Assembly (NCBI GenBank): GCA_027488515.1
Contig: JAIYBN010000001.1
Location: 192,811 to 256,810 of the forward strand
From: Pseudomonadota bacterium
Lineage (GTDB): Bacteria > Bdellovibrionota > UBA1018 > CAIMNF01
DNA: 64,000 nt
Direction: 5' to 3'
Both the position numbers and the translations under genes were made by a program. How positions within the stretch are numbered: the first letter of the stretch is position 1; the number at the start of each line of letters is the position of its first letter. Below, in pieces: positions 60,314-64,000 of this stretch. The notes under the pieces were generated by a model. It was not told the DNA's origin. It did not search any database and saw only the letters and a list, made by a program, of their open reading frames with translations.

Positions 60314-60992
60314 CGACGAAGCTCTCGATCTTGCGCTTCGAGACGAGTTCCTTGCCCTTCGCTTCAGCGGCCTTGCGGGATTTGAATCCCGAAAGCACGA
60401 CCCGATAACGGGTCTCCCCGTTCACCTTTGCAGTCCGGACCTCGGTCTTCAGTCCGCGTTTGGTGAAGACCCCCGTTTTTTTACGGGCGGCCTGGATGTT
60501 GGGGTAAGAGCCCAGTTGGACCGCAAAAGTTTCAGCGGGCGCCGCGTGCTTCTCTGTGTTTTTTTCTGCAGTTTTTTCCGCGACCTCTTCCTCTTCTTCT
60601 TCCTCTTCTTCAGCGACCGGAGGATGGGTCACCGCTGTCGGGAGGGCCATGGGCGGATGCACGGTTTTCTCGGTCGGGAGCTCGACCGGCTTCGGATGAT
60701 CCAACTTGATCCCGGATTCAGCCGCAGCCTTCTCGGTGGCACCCTCGATCGCGTCTTTGGTCGCCTGATCCACGTATTGGGCACCCTGATCCAGAACCGC
60801 ACGAGGAGGAGTCGACTCATGCCCACCCTCGACCTTCGGAGCGGGAGCCTCGGCCACCGGATCGTCCACGCGGATCTGCTTTCCGTAGTGCAGTCCGAGC
60901 GTGAAGCAGAATCCGAGGGCGGTCACCACGAGAAGTCCGAGAACGAACAACTCTTTCCAGCTGAAAATGAAAAATTTCTCGCTCTTTTGCAT
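60288..60992 (-). CDS. SPOR-domain (peptidoglycan-binding) membrane-anchored protein with an acidic linker.
   Basis: Start at MQKSEKFF, TM (LFVLGLLVVTALGFCF), poly-Glu tract (EEEEEEEEEE), and a C-terminal SPOR domain (FAVQLGSYPNIQAARK...RYRVVLSGFKSRKAAEA). Confidence 0.7.
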   Translation of the reverse strand: MQKSEKFFIFSWKELFVLGLLVVTALGFCFTLGLHYGKQIRVDDPVAEAPAPKVEGGHESTPPRAVLDQGAQYVDQATKDAIEGATEKAAAESGIKLDHPKPVELPTEKTVHPPMALPTAVTHPPVAEEEEEEEEEVAEKTAEKNTEKHAAPAETFAVQLGSYPNIQAARKKTGVFTKRGLKTEVRTAKVNGETRYRVVLSGFKSRKAAEAKGKELVSKRKIESFVVISSASPR

Positions 60993-61013
60993 CAAGTTCG
61001 AGTCTACTCCCGT

Positions 61014-61029
61014 TGGCGCGGTTTTTGTA
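61014..61029 (+). promoter_or_regulatory. Possible sigma54-type promoter upstream of the Flp-like pilin gene (imperfect).
   Basis: TGGCGCGGTTTTTGTA versus consensus TGGCACG-N4-TTGCW (2 mismatches). Predicted TSS falls within a few nt of the ATG at 61042, which would imply a leaderless or near-leaderless transcript. Confidence 0.3.
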
Positions 61030-61041
61030 GACCAAAGAAAC

Positions 61042-61218
61042 ATGAATCGAATCTCTTTGAAACGTCCCGACCGGAGCGGCCAAGGCCTGAGCGAATACAT
61101 CATTCTCGTCATGCTGATCGCGGTATGTTCGATCGCCGCTTCCCGGACGGTGGGCTCCACCATCAAAACCAAGCTCGACACCATCAACCAGAAACTCCTC
61201 GAGATCCACATCCCCTGA
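61042..61218 (+). CDS. flp: Flp/Fap-family (type IVb, Tad-type) prepilin.
   Basis: 58 aa. Basic leader (MNRISLKRPDRSG) followed by QGLSEYIILVMLIAVCSIAA, i.e. the G|XXXXEY class-III signal with a hydrophobic helix, then a short polar tail. Size and motif are typical of Flp pilins. Confidence 0.55.
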   Translation: MNRISLKRPDRSGQGLSEYIILVMLIAVCSIAASRTVGSTIKTKLDTINQKLLEIHIP

Positions 61219-61577
61219 ACCGGAGATGCGGACAAAGCCTGATCGAATTCCAGTGGGCGATGTTGCTCATCCTGCTTCCATTGGCCGGGGGGGCGGTCCG
61301 GATGGGTTGGATCGAATTCGCCCGGATCCGATGCGGACTCCGTGCCTTCCAGGCCGCCCGGGAAGAACTCCTCCATACCGCCGCCCCTGTGGTCCGTCTG
61401 GAGCCCTGCGGAGGCGGAATGGAGGAGCGGATCCGTCTCCTGCCCCTGGAACGCCTCGACCGGACCGGGCGGGATTCTCCGTCCTCGGTGGAATTCTCCT
61501 TCTCATGGCTCTCAGCGGGGGAACAGGCCTCTGGATTGCCGCCCGACACCTCCGCGCCATCACGGAGCGCCAGGTGA
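61215..61577 (+). CDS. TadE-like pseudopilin candidate (start codon uncertain).
   Basis: Frame translates ...NRRCG|QSLIEFQWAMLLILLPLAGGAV...IEFAR, resembling the TadE N-terminal motif (G|xxxVEFAL... / IEFGR). The only in-frame start upstream of the Gly is CTG at 61215, overlapping the flp stop. An ATG at 61260 would remove the motif. Confidence 0.35.
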   Translation: MNRRCGQSLIEFQWAMLLILLPLAGGAVRMGWIEFARIRCGLRAFQAAREELLHTAAPVVRLEPCGGGMEERIRLLPLERLDRTGRDSPSSVEFSFSWLSAGEQASGLPPDTSAPSRSAR

Positions 61578-62038
61578 ACTTCGATCGCTGTACGGGAATG
61601 GCGGTTCTCCGCGTGCGTTCCTGGATCACCGCACACGAAAAGTCCTGGAAACGGATCGAGTCGGCGCGAAGGATCACACTGGGCTTGCTCCCGACACCGG
61701 CCGGCCCGACCGCGGTCGAATCCTTCCGGATCCTCCTGGTGGCGGAACGGGGGATCCAGGAAAAATTCCGTCTGGAATGGATTCAAAGCTCCCTGCGCTG
61801 GAATCTCCTCACCGGGGTCGGTTGCCGCTTGCGCCGGCGCCCCGAGCGGAGTGACTTCCCGGAATACGATTTGATCCTGGTGGAGCCGGATGCGGAGGCA
61901 ATGCTGACCGGTGCCGGGTCCCGGATTCCGATTCCACGCGACGAATACCGGGTCAGGATCGCCTCCCGGAATCAAAACTCTTCCGCGGTGGCATGGAGGT
62001 CTCCCGATGAAACTTGGAAGGTCCGATGGATTCCCTGA
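61505..62038 (+). CDS. Hypothetical protein with an N-terminal hydrophobic segment (frame-2 ORF, real coding part only).
   Basis: The listed 270-aa ORF has a P/R/G-rich, non-protein-like N-terminal 90 aa. Protein-like sequence begins near MALSGGTGLWIAARHLRAITERQ... and continues to the stop. It overlaps the 3' end of the TadE-like ORF by about 70 nt. Confidence 0.3.
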   Translation: MALSGGTGLWIAARHLRAITERQVNFDRCTGMAVLRVRSWITAHEKSWKRIESARRITLGLLPTPAGPTAVESFRILLVAERGIQEKFRLEWIQSSLRWNLLTGVGCRLRRRPERSDFPEYDLILVEPDAEAMLTGAGSRIPIPRDEYRVRIASRNQNSSAVAWRSPDETWKVRWIP

Positions 62039-62186
62039 ACGCCAGCGGGGATCCGTATTCCTGGAGGTGGCACTGTGGGCAGGCCTGATCGTGTTCGTTC
62101 TGGTTCTTTGTGGCAATCGCTTCGCCCGGACCTATCGGGGCTTTTATCGCGCCTTGGAGCACCAGCGGTCGACCCTGCATTACTGA
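62007..62186 (+). CDS. Second small Flp/TadE-like prepilin-type protein.
   Basis: 59 aa. Good SD (GGAGG, 7-nt spacer). Leader MKLGRSDGFPERQRG followed by SVFLEVALWAGLIVFVLVL (G|XXXXEV-AL class-III-like motif plus hydrophobic helix), then a short tail. Confidence 0.45.
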   Translation: MKLGRSDGFPERQRGSVFLEVALWAGLIVFVLVLCGNRFARTYRGFYRALEHQRSTLHY

Positions 62187-62191
62187 GACAA

Positions 62192-62614
62192 GTGCGGGCC
62201 CTGCTGGGCCTGCTCGCGGGCCTCGTTCTGGTGGCACTGGCCCATCGAGGGTCCTTCGAGGCGGGGGCACGCCGGTTTCATGAGGAACACCTCCTCCCCG
62301 GAGAGGCCTGGCGTTCCGTACTGGCCACCCGCGGATTCCGTCCTCTTGCTTTGAACCGGGGTTCTCCGGGGGACGGCAAGGTCCGGATTTCACAGGATGG
62401 CCGGATCATCGAGTTTCCCGGTGGGATTCCTGACCTACCCACGGGGGTCCACATCCGGGGGGTCCCTGCCCCCAAACCGGATTGGATCGAGCTCAGCCCC
62501 GGAATTGCCGGTTTCGAAGCCTGGATCCGGAGCCTGGAAGCCCATCCGATTCCCCGGGCAAAGTCGACGAAGCCCCAGGTCAATTCGATTGACCCCAAAG
62601 AGTTCCGCTATTAG
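62192..62614 (+). CDS. Small membrane-anchored protein at the end of the pilin-like operon.
   Basis: GTG start 6 nt after the previous stop. N-terminal TM ALLGLLAGLVLVALA followed by a roughly 120-aa soluble domain. No family recognised. Confidence 0.35.
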   Translation: MRALLGLLAGLVLVALAHRGSFEAGARRFHEEHLLPGEAWRSVLATRGFRPLALNRGSPGDGKVRISQDGRIIEFPGGIPDLPTGVHIRGVPAPKPDWIELSPGIAGFEAWIRSLEAHPIPRAKSTKPQVNSIDPKEFRY

Positions 62615-62624
62615 AATCCCGGCC

Positions 62625-63575
62625 ATGCACACACGCCCCACCCGTCCGATTCTGACCGTCGGTTCCATGGCCTTCGACTCCGTTCGCACCCCAGCCGGGA
62701 AAGCGGACCATGTCCTCGGAGGCTCGGTGAATTATTTCTCTTTGGCCGCCTCACTGTTCACGCCGATCAAGATCGTCGCTGTGGTCGGTGATGACTTCCC
62801 GAAGGAGCACCTCGGATTCCTGAAAGAACGCAATGTGGACGTCTCCGGCGTGCAAGTCGCAGCCGGCAAGACCTTCCACTGGGTGGGTGAATACGACACC
62901 AACCTGAACGAGGCCAAGACCCTCGCCACCGCTCTGAACGTGTTCGAGCATTTCGACCCCAAACTTCCGGAAACCCACACCGACTGCCCCGTGGTCTTCC
63001 TCGCGAACATCGACCCGGTCCTGCAACTGCAGGTCCTGAACCAGGTTCGCGGTCATGAGTTCGTGGCCTGCGATTCGATGAACTTCTGGATCACCGGAAA
63101 GCCTGCGGAACTCAAGGAGACCCTGAAACAGGTGGATCTCCTCTGCATCAACGAAAAAGAGGCGTTCCTGCTCTCTGACGAAAAGAGCCTCGAAAAAGCA
63201 GCCCGCAAGATCCAGTCCATGGGCCCTTCCAACATCATCATCAAACGTGGTGAATACGGCTCGGCCCTCTTCACCCCGACCGGTACTTTCCTCGCCCCTG
63301 CATTCCTGGTCGACGAAGTCATCGATCCGACCGGAGCCGGAGACAGCTTTGCCGGAGCCGTGATGGGTTATCTGGCCGAGGCCGGAGCCAATCGTGCGAT
63401 GATGAAGAACGATCCCCAAGCCTGGGATCAACTCCTCCGCCGTTCGGTCGTCTACGGAACCGTGATGGCGAGCTTCACCATCCAGGATTTCAGTATCGGC
63501 CGTCTGAAGACCCTCTCCCGCGAAGACCTGATGCACCGGAGAGAGAAATTCATGAGAATGATGAGCGTCGGATGA
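62625..63575 (+). CDS. PfkB-family carbohydrate/nucleoside kinase (ribokinase-like).
   Basis: PfkB signature DPTGAGDSFAGAVMGYL and a ribokinase-like fold. Start at MHTRPTRPILTVGSMAFD, internal to the listed ORF. Confidence 0.8.
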   Translation: MHTRPTRPILTVGSMAFDSVRTPAGKADHVLGGSVNYFSLAASLFTPIKIVAVVGDDFPKEHLGFLKERNVDVSGVQVAAGKTFHWVGEYDTNLNEAKTLATALNVFEHFDPKLPETHTDCPVVFLANIDPVLQLQVLNQVRGHEFVACDSMNFWITGKPAELKETLKQVDLLCINEKEAFLLSDEKSLEKAARKIQSMGPSNIIIKRGEYGSALFTPTGTFLAPAFLVDEVIDPTGAGDSFAGAVMGYLAEAGANRAMMKNDPQAWDQLLRRSVVYGTVMASFTIQDFSIGRLKTLSREDLMHRREKFMRMMSVG

Positions 63576-63582
63576 TCCGAAG

Positions 63583-64000
63583 ATGAGTCACGCGAACCTG
63601 ATCCGATTCGCGCTCTTCTTCACGACGATCTCCTTCCTGGTCTCCTGGCTGACCTACCGTCTGCTCCGGAGACGACTCGGTCTCACCCCTGTCGGAAACC
63701 GCAGGATGCTGGCCTTTTTCATGGCCTCAGCGGGACTCATGACCCTCGGGCCCTTTTTGTACCGCTGGCTCGAGGCACCGGCAGGATCCCTGCCCGACCT
63801 GGTGTTGCAATGGACCCAGTTCAGCCTGCTCGGCTGGATCGGATCGGTCTTCATCGTGTTTTTATTCGTCGAAGTGATCCAGTCCGCCTCAAAAAGATTC
63901 GATCCTCAAAAGCGGATCTTCCTGACCGAGGGTGTGGGACGAACCCTTCTGGCCGGCACCACCCTGACTTCGGTGGCGGGTTTCTTCGAAGCGACCTCCG
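63583..64000 (+). CDS. Integral membrane protein, 3'-truncated by the window end.
   Basis: ATG at 63583. Four or more hydrophobic helices (FALFFTTISFLVSWL; MLAFFMASAGLMTLGPFL; FSLLGWIGSVFIVFLFV). Open to the window end. Confidence 0.5.
   Translation, partial: MSHANLIRFALFFTTISFLVSWLTYRLLRRRLGLTPVGNRRMLAFFMASAGLMTLGPFLYRWLEAPAGSLPDLVLQWTQFSLLGWIGSVFIVFLFVEVIQSASKRFDPQKRIFLTEGVGRTLLAGTTLTSVAGFFEATS

Noticed and set aside
60993-61376. 5' extension of the minus-strand 362-aa ORF beyond the SPOR gene start.
   Set aside because: The real SPOR protein starts at MQKSEKFF (60992), with a TM anchor right after. The upstream extension has no protein-like features and overlaps the flp-like gene on the other strand.
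61226-61500. N-terminal 90 aa of the 270-aa frame-2 ORF starting at ATG 61226.
   Set aside because: The translation is P/R/G-rich low complexity (RGGGPDGLDRIRPDPMRTPCLPGRPGRTPPYRRP...). The same DNA in frame 0 gives a TadE-like hydrophobic motif. So this is treated as out-of-frame read-through, and only the distal part of the ORF is considered possibly coding.
62751-63536. 261-aa minus-strand ORF.
   Set aside because: Antisense to the PfkB kinase, which has a DPTGAGDSF signature.

Overview
This is a GC-rich (about 60%) chromosomal window with dense, mostly non-overlapping genes. No mobile elements or CRISPR arrays were found. The gene content and order look like a Myxococcota/Bdellovibrionota-type (delta-type) Gram-negative genome; that placement is an inference from gene content only. 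Main blocks, left to right:
- PBP1A (partial), followed by an orphan family-5 solute-binding protein, a CHASE2 sensor histidine kinase and a sigma54-dependent NtrC-type response regulator.
- An outer-membrane biogenesis neighbourhood on the minus strand: TamB, BamA, rplM, rpsI and a parvulin PPIase.
- accC, accB and efp.
- A complete type IVa pilus locus in the Myxococcus-like order, with the major pilin on the opposite strand: pilQ-P-O-N-M, an unknown gene, pilD, a pilGHI-like ABC transporter, pilA, a receiver-less sigma54 activator, pilC, pilT, pilB.
- ribF, tRNA-Leu, two secreted proteins of unknown function, lysA, and a methylthioadenosine-deaminase/PNP pair.
- ftsQ-ftsA-ftsZ, a pair of M16 peptidases, TerC, tRNA-Lys, an HExxH lipoprotein, a class-V aminotransferase, acs and cinA.
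- A lipoprotein gene behind a textbook sigma54 promoter.
- A DedA / CHASE2 adenylate cyclase / cNMP-binding protein module.
- A SPOR-domain protein, and divergent from it a compact operon of small genes encoding an Flp-type pilin and TadE-like pseudopilins, each with a G|XXXXE(Y/F/V) class-III signal motif. No Tad assembly genes accompany this operon. It is the most novel-looking feature of the window.
- A PfkB kinase and a partial membrane protein at the right edge.
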